A DNA stretch of 64,000 nt from an uncultured Acidimicrobiia bacterium (GTDB lineage Bacteria; Actinomycetota; Acidimicrobiia; Spongiisociales; UBA5794), in the NCBI GenBank assembly GCA_963759175.1, contig CAVWXP010000008.1, positions 179,041-243,040 of the forward strand, read 5' to 3'. Under the pieces are notes generated by a model. The model was not told the origin of the DNA. It saw only the letters and a program-made list of their open reading frames with translations, and did no database searches. Made by a program: the position numbers and the translations under genes. This document shows positions 39,297 to 49,747 of this stretch, in pieces (positions within the stretch are counted from its first letter, which is position 1; each line of letters begins with the position of its first letter).

Positions 39297-42200
39297 TCAG
39301 GCCGTCACCCGGACGGGCGTCATGCGCTTCGACAGGACCTTCGACGACTCACCGGGTTCCATCGTGACCCCGTACAACACGTCGGCTGCCTCCATCGTCT
39401 GCTGCTGATGGGTGATGATCACGAGCTGGGTGTTGTTTCGCAGCGTGTCGACCAGACGCAGGAACCGGTGGAGGTTCGCATCGTCGAGGGCAGCTTCCAC
39501 CTCATCGAGGACGTAGAACGGACTCGGCCTCGAACGGAACACGGCGAAGAGGAACGCGAGCGCTGCCAACGAACGCTCACCGCCCGACAACAGGGACAGC
39601 TTGCCGACCTTCTTCCCCGCCGGCTGGGCACGTACCTCGACGCCGGTCGTCATCGGGTCGGATGGATCCGTGAGCATGAGGCTCCCGGTGCCCCCCGGGA
39701 ACACGAGGGAGAAGTTCTCGTGATAGAAGGCCGCTATCTCGGTGAAGGCCTCCTCGAAAAGGGTCGCCATCTTGTCGTCGAGTGCCGAGATGACCTTTCG
39801 CAGCTCGGAGCGCGAGGCAGCGAGATCGCCGAGTTGCGCTTCGAGCTCCTCCACTTCGGCTGCCAACTCCGCATGCTCTGCCGCTGCCAGCGGATTGATG
39901 GGACCCATGCGTCGCAGATCGGCCTCGAGTGCCTCGAGCATCGAGGAGAGATCGGCGTCCTCCTCCGCCTCGGGACGTGGCGCTGCGAGCGCCTCGGCTT
40001 CACCGACATCAGCGTCGCGTCGAAGGGCCTCGGCGGCCGACTCCAGCCGAACGCGCAACTCGGCGAGTTCGACCTCGAGCGTCCCGAGACGCTCGGACGC
40101 TCCACGGTGCGAGGTCTCGAGCTCCTCCCTGAGCGCCTCTGCTGCGGCGAGATCGGTGTTGGCGGATCCCGCTCGGAGGCGCAGGTCCCGTTGCCGTGCC
40201 CTGAGTTCCTCGATGCGCGTCGTGACGGTTGCGATCGCGCGCTCTGCCGACGCCTCGATCGCGCCGAGACTGGCGACGACGGTCTCGCTGTGGGGAATCA
40301 GCACCAGCTGTGCCAGGTCGGCGTCGACGGCGGCGAGCCGTTGTTCGCTCAGTCGGCGACGCTCGGCAACGGACGCACGGCGCGCTGCCGCTTCCTCGAG
40401 GAGGCGCCTGGCATCGTCCCGCCGGGTGGCGATCTCGTCGCGTCGTGCATTGAGCGCATCCCAGGCAGCTTGTCGTGCGGCTTCCTCGCCCTCGAACTCC
40501 GCGACCCGCTCCCGCAGCGACGTGATCCGATTCGTTCGGTCCTCCATTGCTTCGTCGAGCGCGGCCATCCGGGCGTCGAGGCGCTCACGTTCGTCGTGCG
40601 ATGCTGCGCTCGACCGTTGGGTCAGTGACATCGCCTCGGTGAACCCGGCGAGTTCCGCTTCGGCAGCTTCGAGGGCCTCGAGGGCCGACCGCTCCGCGGT
40701 TCGTAGCTCCTCGAACGTCCGATGGGATGCCACCACATGACTCGACGTACGTTGCCGATCCCTGAGCGCGACCTCGACGGCCACCCGTGCCGCCTCCAGG
40801 GCGGCAGGTCCGACACCGTCGGGATGTGCGATGACCATCCCGTGGGCCGCCACGACATCACCCTCGGGGGTGACGGCCATGACACGGGGGAATCGTTCCA
40901 CGATGCGCTGGGCCATCGACCACCCCTCGACGACGACGCACCGCCCGAGGTAGGTGGTCGCGAGGTCGAGGTCGGCAGAAGGCCCGAGGCGATCCACCAA
41001 CGTCGCTATGCCGAAGGCCGCAGCTGCCTCCACTGCATCGGACCCCACACCGCCCTTGGTGACGATCGTGATGCCGCCGCTTCCGCCTCCTTTGACGGCG
41101 GCGGCGACGTCCGCGATCGCATGCACGTCACCGGCCACCAGGGCGTCACGCCATCGACCGAGGGCAGCGTCGACGGCCTTGGCGAGATCCGAGGGCACAT
41201 CCAGCGCCTCGACCAGTGTCGTCATGTCCCCGATCACTCCCAACGCCGCGGCTGCCGCATCGGCATCGACGGCTCCGTCGAGTGCGGCCTCGAGGGCCTC
41301 GACGCGCGCCTCTCCCCTCGCGAGGTCGAGTCGGGCCCGTTCATCGGCCGCGACGTGGGCCTCCCATGCCGTCTGGGCCGCCGCCCGTTCGTCCCGGGCT
41401 CGCTCGTAGCGCGCCTGGAGGTCCGACGTGGCTCCGTCGACACGCTGGATCTCGGTGTTGAGGCGCTCCAGCTCCGCGAGTTCGTCGTCGATGCGTGCCG
41501 TGACGACTGCGATCCGGCTCTCGACCCGTTCGCGTTCGTGGCGATCCCGGTCGTGGCCGGTCTCGAGCGATCGGAGGTCGCCGCGCAGGTTTGCGACGAT
41601 CCCTTCGGTCGGGAGTTGGACCTGTTCGGCGATCGATCGCTCCTCGTCCTCGAGGGCACGCAATGCCGTCTCACGGCGCCCGGCATCCTCATCGGATTCC
41701 ACGAAGAGGGCGGTGGTGGCCGCGATGGCCTCCACCAGCTCGTCGCGCTCGAGCTCCAGATCGGCCTTGCGTTCGTCAGCGCCTTCCGATCGTGCCTCGT
41801 AGGCCCGGCGACGTTCCCGTGCGACGGTGGCGATACGGGTCAGGCGCTCACGCACGGTCTCGAGACGAGCAGCAGCGGCGGTATCGCGGGTCAGATCGGC
41901 GCCGACGTCCCCGGCCTGTGCACGGAGGGCTTCCAGCTCGGCCTTGAGATCCGTGAGACGCGCATCGGCCTCGTTGCGGCCCTCGAGGGCGGCTTCGCGT
42001 TCGGTCGCCGCGCTCGCGAGCCTCGACCGGATCGAACGGATCTCCTCGCCGCCGAGGTACAAACGCAAGGCCCGGGCCCGATCGCGCACCGAGTCGTGGC
42101 GCTCAGCCGCCTTCGCCTGGCGCCGAAGGGGTCGCAGCGCACGACGCTTCTCCGAGAGGATGTCGTCGAGGCGCTCCATGTCGTGATCGGTTCGCTCGAG

Positions 42201-42740
42201 GCGGCGAACTGCTCGGTCCCTGCGGCTCCGGTGCTTGGTGACCCCCGCTGCCTCCTCGATGACGCTGCGGTGATCCTCGGGCCGGGCGTTGAGCACGTCC
42301 CCGACCTGGCCCTGACCGACGAGGACGTGCTGATGGCGCCCGATGCCGCCATCGGACAGCAACTCCTGGATGTCGAGCAGCCGACATGGGACACCATTGA
42401 GTTCGTACTCACTCGTTCCGTCCCTGAACAGGCGGCGAGTGATCGTGATCTCGGCCAGGTCGAGCGGGCTCGCCTGGTCCTCGTTGTCGAACGTGAGCTG
42501 GACCTCGGCCCGCGAGAGCGCCGGCCGCGTGGCGGTGCCAGCGAAGACGACGTCCTCCATCTTCTCGGTGCGCAGCGACCGCGTCGCCTGGGTACCCATG
42601 ACCCATGCAATCGCATCGAGGATGTTGGACTTGCCGGATCCGTTCGGCCCCACGACGACGTTCACGCCGGACGCGAAGTCGAGGCGCGTTCGATCTGCGA
42701 ACGACTTGAAGCCCCGGAGGGTCAGATGCTTGAGTCTCAC
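39297..42740 (-). CDS. smc: Chromosome segregation protein SMC
   Basis: GPNGSGKSN, coiled coils, hinge, LSGGERSL, LDEVEAALD. Confidence 0.97.
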   Translation of the reverse strand: MRLKHLTLRGFKSFADRTRLDFASGVNVVVGPNGSGKSNILDAIAWVMGTQATRSLRTEKMEDVVFAGTATRPALSRAEVQLTFDNEDQASPLDLAEITITRRLFRDGTSEYELNGVPCRLLDIQELLSDGGIGRHQHVLVGQGQVGDVLNARPEDHRSVIEEAAGVTKHRSRRDRAVRRLERTDHDMERLDDILSEKRRALRPLRRQAKAAERHDSVRDRARALRLYLGGEEIRSIRSRLASAATEREAALEGRNEADARLTDLKAELEALRAQAGDVGADLTRDTAAAARLETVRERLTRIATVARERRRAYEARSEGADERKADLELERDELVEAIAATTALFVESDEDAGRRETALRALEDEERSIAEQVQLPTEGIVANLRGDLRSLETGHDRDRHERERVESRIAVVTARIDDELAELERLNTEIQRVDGATSDLQARYERARDERAAAQTAWEAHVAADERARLDLARGEARVEALEAALDGAVDADAAAAALGVIGDMTTLVEALDVPSDLAKAVDAALGRWRDALVAGDVHAIADVAAAVKGGGSGGITIVTKGGVGSDAVEAAAAFGIATLVDRLGPSADLDLATTYLGRCVVVEGWSMAQRIVERFPRVMAVTPEGDVVAAHGMVIAHPDGVGPAALEAARVAVEVALRDRQRTSSHVVASHRTFEELRTAERSALEALEAAEAELAGFTEAMSLTQRSSAASHDERERLDARMAALDEAMEDRTNRITSLRERVAEFEGEEAARQAAWDALNARRDEIATRRDDARRLLEEAAARRASVAERRRLSEQRLAAVDADLAQLVLIPHSETVVASLGAIEASAERAIATVTTRIEELRARQRDLRLRAGSANTDLAAAEALREELETSHRGASERLGTLEVELAELRVRLESAAEALRRDADVGEAEALAAPRPEAEEDADLSSMLEALEADLRRMGPINPLAAAEHAELAAEVEELEAQLGDLAASRSELRKVISALDDKMATLFEEAFTEIAAFYHENFSLVFPGGTGSLMLTDPSDPMTTGVEVRAQPAGKKVGKLSLLSGGERSLAALAFLFAVFRSRPSPFYVLDEVEAALDDANLHRFLRLVDTLRNNTQLVIITHQQQTMEAADVLYGVTMEPGESSKVLSKRMTPVRVTA

Positions 42741-42796
42741 GGTCGATGAGGTTACCAGAGCGAATTACAAGCGTGTAAGCCATTCCGGACCCAGCG

Positions 42797-43474
42797 TCAG
42801 TGACGCTCCAATGCGTCGCTCGCGGCAGCGATGGCTGCAGCCTTCTTGGACCCACCGGTCCCCGACCCGACGACCGTGTCGGTGACGATGGCGCGAGCCG
42901 TGTACACCGCCGCATGATCGGGACCGGAGCGTTCATACGTGAACGACACGGTCTGCCCGTGGGCTGCGAGCTGCTCCTGGAGTCGGGAGCGGGCATCAGC
43001 GACGTCGGTACGTGCGATGCGCTCGTCGATGATGGGACCCCACACGGCGCGAATCAGCCGGTCGGCGACCGGAAACCCGGCGTCGAGGTACACCGCAGCG
43101 ATCACGGACTCGACGACGTCCGACAGGATCGAGTCGCGATTCCGTCCACCCGATCGTTCCTCGCCTACGCCCATGCGCATGGCGATGTCGAGCCCCCATG
43201 TTCGTCCGACAGCGGCGAGCGTCGGTTCATCGACGACCGCTGCGCGCACCTTGGTCATCTGTCCCTCGGGTTCATCGACCATCGCCACGAAGATCATGTC
43301 CGTCGTCACCAACTCGACGATCGCGTCGCCGAGGAACTCGAGTCGCTGGTAGTGGTCGACGCCATCGTGCTCTGCGGCGTACGAGGCGTGGGTCAGGGCC
43401 TCGACGAGGAGGCGCTTGTCGGCAAAGGGATGTCCGAGGGCCCCCTCGACCGCCGCGAGATCATCCCCCGCCAC
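42797..43474 (-). CDS. rnc: Ribonuclease III
   Basis: QRLEFLGDA signature; C-terminal dsRBD. Confidence 0.95.
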   Translation of the reverse strand: MAGDDLAAVEGALGHPFADKRLLVEALTHASYAAEHDGVDHYQRLEFLGDAIVELVTTDMIFVAMVDEPEGQMTKVRAAVVDEPTLAAVGRTWGLDIAMRMGVGEERSGGRNRDSILSDVVESVIAAVYLDAGFPVADRLIRAVWGPIIDERIARTDVADARSRLQEQLAAHGQTVSFTYERSGPDHAAVYTARAIVTDTVVGSGTGGSKKAAAIAAASDALERH

Positions 43475-43475
43475 G

Positions 43476-44450
43476 TCAACCCGCTGCGGCGATGCCGGCG
43501 CCGATGGTGGCCACGAGTTGGTGCTCGACGCCCTCGGCGGCGATGGCAATTGCGTTGCGGATGGCGATCCTCGACGACGAACCATGGGCGATGACCACGA
43601 CGCCCCGGGTGCCTACGAGATGGGCACCGCCAACCGATTCCGAGCTGAGACGTTCCCTCAGCTCCGCGAAGGCAGGCAGGAGGCCAGTCACGAGATCCTG
43701 GTATTCGGGCCTCGCAAGGGTCTCGAGGATCATCTGTTGGATGGCCTTGCCCGAACCCTCGCTGGTCTTGAGGAAGACGTTGCCGGTGAACCCGTCGGTC
43801 ACGATCACGTCTGCCGTGTGAGCGGCGAGATCGCGTCCCTCGACGTTGCCGATGAAATGGAGACTCTCGGTGCGTTCGAGCAATGCATGGGCCGCCCGCT
43901 CGACGGCTCGCCCCTTGGATGCCTCCTCGCCGATGTTCAACAACCCGACCGTCGGGTCCTCTATGTGGCGGTACACACTGGCGAGGGCACGACCCATCAC
44001 GGCGAACTGCACGAGGTGCTCGGGTCGACACTCGAGATTGGCACCGACGTCGAGCACGACCTGGCCGGTTGGGAAGATCGAAGCGATGCCAGGCCGATCG
44101 ACGCCGGGGAGCCTGCCGATGAGGAACGTGGCCGCTGCCATCGCAGCGCCCGTAGCCCCTGCGGAGACGAAGGCATCGGCCTCGCCCGACCTGACGAGCT
44201 TCGCCGCGACCACGATGGACGAATCCCGCTTCTCCCTGATGGCGTGCGCCGGATCGTCGTGGAAGTCGATGACCTCGGACGCATGGTGGATGCGCAGGTC
44301 CGATCCCCGTTCGGAGAGGATGGCCGTGATCTGGGGTTCGTCGCCGACGAGGACGACCTCGATGCCGTCGTTGGCGGCGAGGACGGCACCCTCGATGACC
44401 TCACCGGGAGCGCTGTCGCCCCCCATGGCATCGACGGCGATGACGCTCAT
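43476..44450 (-). CDS. plsX: Phosphate acyltransferase PlsX
   Basis: IAVDAMGGD, LLNIGEE, GNVEG, VTDGFTGNV. Confidence 0.95.
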   Translation of the reverse strand: MSVIAVDAMGGDSAPGEVIEGAVLAANDGIEVVLVGDEPQITAILSERGSDLRIHHASEVIDFHDDPAHAIREKRDSSIVVAAKLVRSGEADAFVSAGATGAAMAAATFLIGRLPGVDRPGIASIFPTGQVVLDVGANLECRPEHLVQFAVMGRALASVYRHIEDPTVGLLNIGEEASKGRAVERAAHALLERTESLHFIGNVEGRDLAAHTADVIVTDGFTGNVFLKTSEGSGKAIQQMILETLARPEYQDLVTGLLPAFAELRERLSSESVGGAHLVGTRGVVVIAHGSSSRIAIRNAIAIAAEGVEHQLVATIGAGIAAAG

Positions 44451-44457
44451 CGGATCG

Positions 44458-44634
44458 CTACGACGCGTCGATGACTTCGCGACCGTTGTACGTGCCGCAA
44501 GTGGTGCAGGCGCGATGCGGCACGTGGGGGGCGTTGCACTGTGAGCAACGGGCGATGGTCGGTCGTGCGACCTTCCACTGGGCCTTGCGTCGCCGGGTTC
44601 GGGACCGCGACATCTTCTTCTTGGGAACAGCCAT
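44458..44634 (-). CDS. rpmF: 50S ribosomal protein L32 (Zn-ribbon type)
   Basis: MAVPKKKMSRSRTRRR, CxxC...PH..CxxCG.Y. Confidence 0.96.
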   Translation of the reverse strand: MAVPKKKMSRSRTRRRKAQWKVARPTIARCSQCNAPHVPHRACTTCGTYNGREVIDAS

Positions 44635-44654
44635 GATGGGGAAACCTCTTCCGT

Positions 44655-45158
44655 TCAATCCTCGGGTTCGAGCAGGTCCTTGAGGACGGCGAAGGGCGAA
44701 CGCGAATCGCCCTCGTCCACCGAGGAGTCCGTATTCAAGTCCGATTGTGTCGTATCCACAACTCCCGGGCAGTCGTCGCGGCACACGTGCGAGATCGGCA
44801 GTGAAAGCAGCACCTCATCGCGGATGAGTTGTTCGACATCGATCTCGTGTCCGACCAAGGGATAGCTCTCATCGTCGTCCGAACGATCGAAGAGGGCACC
44901 GAGGGTCACACGGCGGTCCGTCGTGGTCACCGCGAGGCAGCGCATGCATGTGTCCTCCGTCGTGAACGAAGCCGATCCCGTCAGTGCGATCCCGTTCGAC
45001 ACCGGATGCAGGACGAGGTCAGCGCGAAGCGGAGGCTCGGGAACCAGGCGGATGAGGTCGACTCGCCAGTCGACCGTGGTCTCGATCGCCTCGGAGCGCG
45101 ACGACGTGTCCCTGCCGAGGAGGTCGGACACATTGAGGACGAAAGGACTCGTGGCCAT
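44655..45158 (-). CDS. DUF177/YceD family protein
   Basis: CxRC and CRDDCPG motifs; upstream of rpmF. Confidence 0.88.
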   Translation of the reverse strand: MATSPFVLNVSDLLGRDTSSRSEAIETTVDWRVDLIRLVPEPPLRADLVLHPVSNGIALTGSASFTTEDTCMRCLAVTTTDRRVTLGALFDRSDDDESYPLVGHEIDVEQLIRDEVLLSLPISHVCRDDCPGVVDTTQSDLNTDSSVDEGDSRSPFAVLKDLLEPED

Positions 45159-45196
45159 GGTGGGAAGGTACCTGCCGATCCGTGCCAGCGACCGAT

Positions 45197-45715
45197 TCAG
45201 GTCCCTGGCACCTCGGGAGCGGGCGGCAGTGAGCGGTGCAACTCGGCACGGGCCTCCGTGACGTAGCGGTACAGCTCACCCAGGATGGTCTCGGCCTCCG
45301 AGAGATGGCGCTCCGCGTAGTCCTCGGCCTCGAGCCTGATCCGACGTGCCTCGTTCTCGGCATTGCGCACGAGGCTGTTCGCCTCTTCGACCGCTTCCTG
45401 GACGATGTAGTTCTCCGAGACCAGTCGCTCGGATTCGGTCTTCGCCTTGCCGAGGACCTCGCGTGCCTTCTCATTCGTCTTGGCGATGTAGGTCTCTCGT
45501 TCCCGAACCATCCACCGGGCGGCACGCAACTCCTCGGGGAGCTGCTCGGCGGCGTAATGCAACCGATCGAGGATGTCCTCCTGGTTGATCATGACGTTGC
45601 TCGAGAGCGGAACGGCACGCGCCGCCTCGATCTCCGTGATCAGTTCCTCGATGAGCTCGGCGAGCGCACCGGGGACGGGGGGCGAGGCCCGAACGGCTTC
45701 TGGTTGATCGGTCAT
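45197..45715 (-). CDS. SepIVA/DivIVA-like coiled-coil protein
   Basis: ARAVPLSSNVMIN, coiled coil; conserved coaD-X-DUF177 position in actinobacteria. Confidence 0.7.
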   Translation of the reverse strand: MTDQPEAVRASPPVPGALAELIEELITEIEAARAVPLSSNVMINQEDILDRLHYAAEQLPEELRAARWMVRERETYIAKTNEKAREVLGKAKTESERLVSENYIVQEAVEEANSLVRNAENEARRIRLEAEDYAERHLSEAETILGELYRYVTEARAELHRSLPPAPEVPGT

Positions 45716-46188
45716 CCGAGACGCTCCTTGAGTGCATCAGCCACGATCGGCGGGACGAGGGCATCGACGGATCCGCCGAGCCTGGCCACTTCCTTCACGA
45801 GGGAGGAGGACAGGTAACCGTACTCCGGCTTGGTGGCAACGAAGAGCGACACGACGTCGCCCGAGAGGTGTCGGTTCATCTGCGACATCTGGATCTCGTA
45901 GTCGAAGTCCGTGACGGCCCTGAGTCCCTTGACGACGGTCTTGGCGCCGACACGCCTCGCAAAGTCGACCAGGAGGCCCTCGAAGGACTCGACCCGCACA
46001 TTGCTCCACGGAGCACAGCATCGTGTGAGGAGGTCGACGCGTTCGGCAGCGGTGAACAACGGTGACTTGGAGGGGTTGTGCACGACGGAGACGACCACCT
46101 CGTCGAATATCCCGGTGCAGCGCTCGACCACGTCGAGATGCCCCTTGGTCGGCGGGTCGAAACTTCCCGGTACCAGGGCGATGATCAC
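45712..46188 (-). CDS. coaD: Phosphopantetheine adenylyltransferase
   Basis: PGSFDPPTKGHLD, KGLRAVTDFDYE, SSSLVKE. Confidence 0.97.
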   Translation of the reverse strand: MIIALVPGSFDPPTKGHLDVVERCTGIFDEVVVSVVHNPSKSPLFTAAERVDLLTRCCAPWSNVRVESFEGLLVDFARRVGAKTVVKGLRAVTDFDYEIQMSQMNRHLSGDVVSLFVATKPEYGYLSSSLVKEVARLGGSVDALVPPIVADALKERLG

Positions 46189-46721
46189 GTCGTAGGCCTC
46201 TCCATCATGGTCACCACGGCATCACCGTACCGCCGCTCGTCGGTACAAGTGAGGAATTCGGGAACTCCGATCGTGCTCGAGGATTGACGATGGACGACCA
46301 CGACCCCGCGTTCTGCCAGCACCCGCTCCAACGCTCCCACGAGCGCCGCGACCTCGTCGTCGGCGTCGCGATAGGGAGGATCGATGAAGATGAGGTCGAA
46401 GCGGGCGCTCGTGCGTTCGATGGCGGCCGAGGCTGGTGCGGTGACCACGGTTCCCCCGAGCCCCACCGCCTCGATGTTCTCCGCGATGATGCGGCTCGCC
46501 TTGCGGGATCGTTCGACGAACACCACCGATGCCGCACCGCGACTCAGGGCCTCGAGACCGAGGGACCCCGACCCTGCGTAGAGGTCCAGTACGTCGGCTC
46601 CCTCGATGCGTTCACCGAGGATTGCGAACAGGGATTCCCGCGCCCGTCCGGTCATCGGTCGCGTGCCGGACGGCGGCGCGGCGATCTTGCGGCCCTTGGC
46701 CAGGCCGGCGATGATCCTCAC
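46185..46721 (-). CDS. rsmD: 16S rRNA m2G966 methyltransferase
   Basis: RIIAG, TRPMT, LDLYAGSGSLGLEALSRG, DPPY. Confidence 0.93.
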   Translation of the reverse strand: MRIIAGLAKGRKIAAPPSGTRPMTGRARESLFAILGERIEGADVLDLYAGSGSLGLEALSRGAASVVFVERSRKASRIIAENIEAVGLGGTVVTAPASAAIERTSARFDLIFIDPPYRDADDEVAALVGALERVLAERGVVVVHRQSSSTIGVPEFLTCTDERRYGDAVVTMMERPTT

Positions 46722-48925
46722 GACTTGTCCAGCCACTCTCGGGAGTCGCCGACGAACAAGGTGAACTCCTCCATGATCTCGGTGACGAACGCACCGTACC
46801 GGTCATCGGCGACGGCGTCGACAGCGCACCGTGACGCTGCCTCGATCAGGTCGACGTCGCGCAGCAGATCCCCGAACCGCAGGTCGCCCGCCCCCGACTG
46901 GGACGCGCCGAACAAGGTGCCGTGGCCACGGATCTCCAGATCGACGTTCGCCAGTGCGAAGCCGTCGTTGGTGGCGACCATGGCCGCCATCCGTCGCTCG
47001 GCGTCGTCGCTCGCTTCGCCGACGACGAGGAGACACGCCCCTGGGTGCTCGCCGCGCCCGACCCGACCACGGAGCTGGTGGAGCTGGCTCAGCCCGAAAC
47101 GCTCGGCGTTCCACACGACGATGAGCGTCGCGTTGGGTACATCGATGCCGACCTCGATCACGGTGGTCGCCACGAGCACCCGGATGGAACCGGAGCGGAA
47201 CGATTCCATCACTGTTGCCTTGTCGGCCGACGGCATCTGGCCGTGGAGGAGACCCACGGCGCCATCGGGCAGTGCAGCGGACAAGCGCCGGTGCTCGGCG
47301 ATCGCCGAGCGTGCCTCGATCTTGTCCGATTCATCGACGAGGGGGCACACCACGAACGCCTGTCTCCCATCCTCGACGACGGAGCGCACCGCCGCATCGA
47401 CGGCGTCCTCACCGGAAGGCTCTGCGTCGATCGTGTCGGTCGCTATGGCGCTGCGACCGGGCGGAAGGGTGGTGATGGTCGATACGTCGAGGTCCCCATA
47501 GAGGGCCATCACGAAGGTCCGCGGAATCGGCGTGGCCGTCATGAGGAGGAGGTCGGGCACCCCCGCCGTCGTATCGCGATCGCGCAGCGAGACCCGTTGC
47601 TCGACGCCGAATCGATGCTGTTCGTCGACGACCGTGATGCCAAGGGAGGCGAAGGCCACATCGGGCTGGATGAGGGCGTGCGTACCGAACGCCATGTCGA
47701 TGGTTCCATCCGCGAGCCACGCGAGCCCCTCGTCCCGCGACACGTCACCGTGTCGGAAGTTCACCGAGACCCGCTGTGATGTGAACAGCCCGATCCGCAC
47801 CGGACGCGTGGCCAGCGGTGCCTCCTCGAAGAGCGACTCGGTGCCTGCGCCATCGTCATGGAACGAGGTCGGGGCCATCGCTGCGTCCTCGAGGGCACGA
47901 AGGGTCCCGAGGTAGTGCTGTGCCGCAAGCACCTCGGTCGGCGCCATCACGGCGGCCTGGTGGCCGCTCTCGACGGATGTGAGCATCGCGGCGACGACCA
48001 CGACCGTCTTCCCCGAACCGACCTCGCCCTGCAGGAGGCGGTGGAGCGGCGTCGGGTTCGCCATGTCGTCGAGGATCTCGTCGAGTGCGCTGCGCTGGTC
48101 GTCGGTCAGCTCGAACGGCAACGACTCGAGGTATCGCTCGAGGAGCGGCCCCCTGATCGCATTCGCGACGCCGCGTTGGGACTCGTAGTCGTCGTGGGCG
48201 CGGACACGCAGCGCCATCTGGATCCACAGGAACTCATCGAAGGTGAGACGCCGCCTGGCCGCGCCGATGTCAGCCATCGTGTCAGGGAAGTGGATCCGGG
48301 CGATCGCCTCTTCACGATGGATGAGACCGTAGGTGGACCGCACGGTGTCGGGAAGCACGTCCCGCAGCGGTCGGCTCCTCGGTATCGCATTCGCGATCCA
48401 TCGGCGGACATCAGCCGGCTTCGCCCCTGCGAGTTTGCCGTACACCGGAACGACCCGTCCGGTCGTGAGCGCATCGCTTCCCGAGAGTCGGTCGAGGGCG
48501 GGGCCCTTCATCTGGAGGCGTCCCCTGAAGACCTCCACCTTGCCGGACAGGGCGACCTCATCGCCCTCCGCGACCCGGATCCACGGGTTGAACCACACGG
48601 CCTGGACCGTGCTCGTTCCGTCGGTGACGTCGGCACGGACCATCGATCGTCCCCTCGAGATGCGCTGTGTCGACGACCGGATCACCGTGCCCCCGACGGT
48701 GACGTCCTCACCGATCGGCGCCGATGCGATGTCGAAGATCTGGCTGCGGTCGAGATATCGCCGCGGGGGCACCAGGAGGAGGTCCGCAACCGAACGGATA
48801 CCGTCGGCCTCGAGCTTGCTGGCGTACTTGGGCCCGATGCCCTTGACGCGATCGACCGGCACCGTGGCGAGGTACGCCAGGTTCCGTCGCTCGATGTCGA
48901 TGGGCGGAGGGTCGATGCCGGTCAC
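46718..48925 (-). CDS. recG: ATP-dependent DNA helicase RecG
   Basis: LQGEVGSGKT, DEQHRFGV, ATPIPRT, LHQLRGRVGRG; start may extend to 48955. Confidence 0.96.
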   Translation of the reverse strand: MTGIDPPPIDIERRNLAYLATVPVDRVKGIGPKYASKLEADGIRSVADLLLVPPRRYLDRSQIFDIASAPIGEDVTVGGTVIRSSTQRISRGRSMVRADVTDGTSTVQAVWFNPWIRVAEGDEVALSGKVEVFRGRLQMKGPALDRLSGSDALTTGRVVPVYGKLAGAKPADVRRWIANAIPRSRPLRDVLPDTVRSTYGLIHREEAIARIHFPDTMADIGAARRRLTFDEFLWIQMALRVRAHDDYESQRGVANAIRGPLLERYLESLPFELTDDQRSALDEILDDMANPTPLHRLLQGEVGSGKTVVVVAAMLTSVESGHQAAVMAPTEVLAAQHYLGTLRALEDAAMAPTSFHDDGAGTESLFEEAPLATRPVRIGLFTSQRVSVNFRHGDVSRDEGLAWLADGTIDMAFGTHALIQPDVAFASLGITVVDEQHRFGVEQRVSLRDRDTTAGVPDLLLMTATPIPRTFVMALYGDLDVSTITTLPPGRSAIATDTIDAEPSGEDAVDAAVRSVVEDGRQAFVVCPLVDESDKIEARSAIAEHRRLSAALPDGAVGLLHGQMPSADKATVMESFRSGSIRVLVATTVIEVGIDVPNATLIVVWNAERFGLSQLHQLRGRVGRGEHPGACLLVVGEASDDAERRMAAMVATNDGFALANVDLEIRGHGTLFGASQSGAGDLRFGDLLRDVDLIEAASRCAVDAVADDRYGAFVTEIMEEFTLFVGDSREWLDKS

Positions 48926-49034
48926 GGCACCGATCTTGGTCGACGCGTGCGCCAATCGCGCCCACCTCGACCATCCTGCCGGTTACCCGACGTCCACTGG
49001 TACCATCGCTCACGCCTCAGGAGGTCTCCCGCAC

Positions 49035-49223
49035 ATGGCATACAGATGTGAGATCTGCGGCAAAGAGCCGTGGACGGGCAAGCAGGTCAGCTTCTCGCAC
49101 AAGCGATCGTCGAAGACCTGGAAGCCCAATATCCAGAAGATCCGTGTCAAGCACGGAAGCAACTCCCGCCGCGCCCGGGTGTGCACGTCGTGCATCAAGG
49201 CGGGCAAGGTCGAAAAGGTCTGA
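49035..49223 (+). CDS. rpmB: 50S ribosomal protein L28 (Zn type)
   Basis: CEICGK...VSFSH..WKPNIQ..VCTSCIKAGKV. Confidence 0.96.
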   Translation: MAYRCEICGKEPWTGKQVSFSHKRSSKTWKPNIQKIRVKHGSNSRRARVCTSCIKAGKVEKV

Positions 49224-49435
49224 TGCAAGGCTTTGTCAAGGCCTACGACGATGTGACCGGTGTCGGCGTCATCGTACGCGATGATGACCGCTCCGAGGTC
49301 GTCCTGCGCCCCGGAAGCCTCGACGGCTCCATGTTCCGTTTCCTCCGTCAGGGTCAGCGTGTGCGCTTCGACCTCGTCGGCGATGGCGACGATGCCCATG
49401 CCGTGAACCTGCGATTCGGCAGCGACGGCTACTGA
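49223..49435 (+). CDS. Small cold-shock-like OB-fold protein
   Basis: MQGFVKAYD..G.G.I...LRQGQRVRF; TGATG overlap with rpmB. Confidence 0.7.
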   Translation: MQGFVKAYDDVTGVGVIVRDDDRSEVVLRPGSLDGSMFRFLRQGQRVRFDLVGDGDDAHAVNLRFGSDGY

Positions 49436-49509
49436 ACCCACCTTCGTGTCGGCGATCTTCTTCGCCAATGTCAGGGTCCGCACCAACCACGGGGTGGTAG
49501 CGTTGGGTC

Positions 49510-49743
49510 ATGGTGCAAGCATTCGTACTCATCCAGACCGATAGCGGCAAGGCGTCCGAGGTCGCACGAGCCATCGGAGCCATCGAGGGTGTCCAATCGT
49601 CCGAGGCCGTGACCGGTCCCTACGACGTGATCGTGGCAGCCGAGGCTGCTGACGTCGATGCCCTCGGGCACCTCGTCGTGACGCGGATCCAGCCCGTCGT
49701 CGGCATCGTGAGGACCCTCACCTGTCCCGTCGTGCGGCTCTGA
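49510..49743 (+). CDS. Stand-alone Lrp/AsnC ligand-binding (RAM) domain protein
   Basis: MVQAFVLI, VTGPYDVI, RTLTCPV. Confidence 0.85.
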   Translation: MVQAFVLIQTDSGKASEVARAIGAIEGVQSSEAVTGPYDVIVAAEAADVDALGHLVVTRIQPVVGIVRTLTCPVVRL

Positions 49744-49747
49744 GGCT

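Noticed and set aside
38403-40628. Very long antisense/alternate-frame ORFs (e.g. 741 aa here, 794 aa at 25179-27563, 675 aa at 40722-42749)
   Set aside because: Shadow ORFs opposite real genes, expected at about 68-70% GC; no recognisable motifs
47740-47900. Insertion within the RecG helicase domain
   Set aside because: Variable loops at this position are common in actinobacterial RecG; helicase motifs are intact
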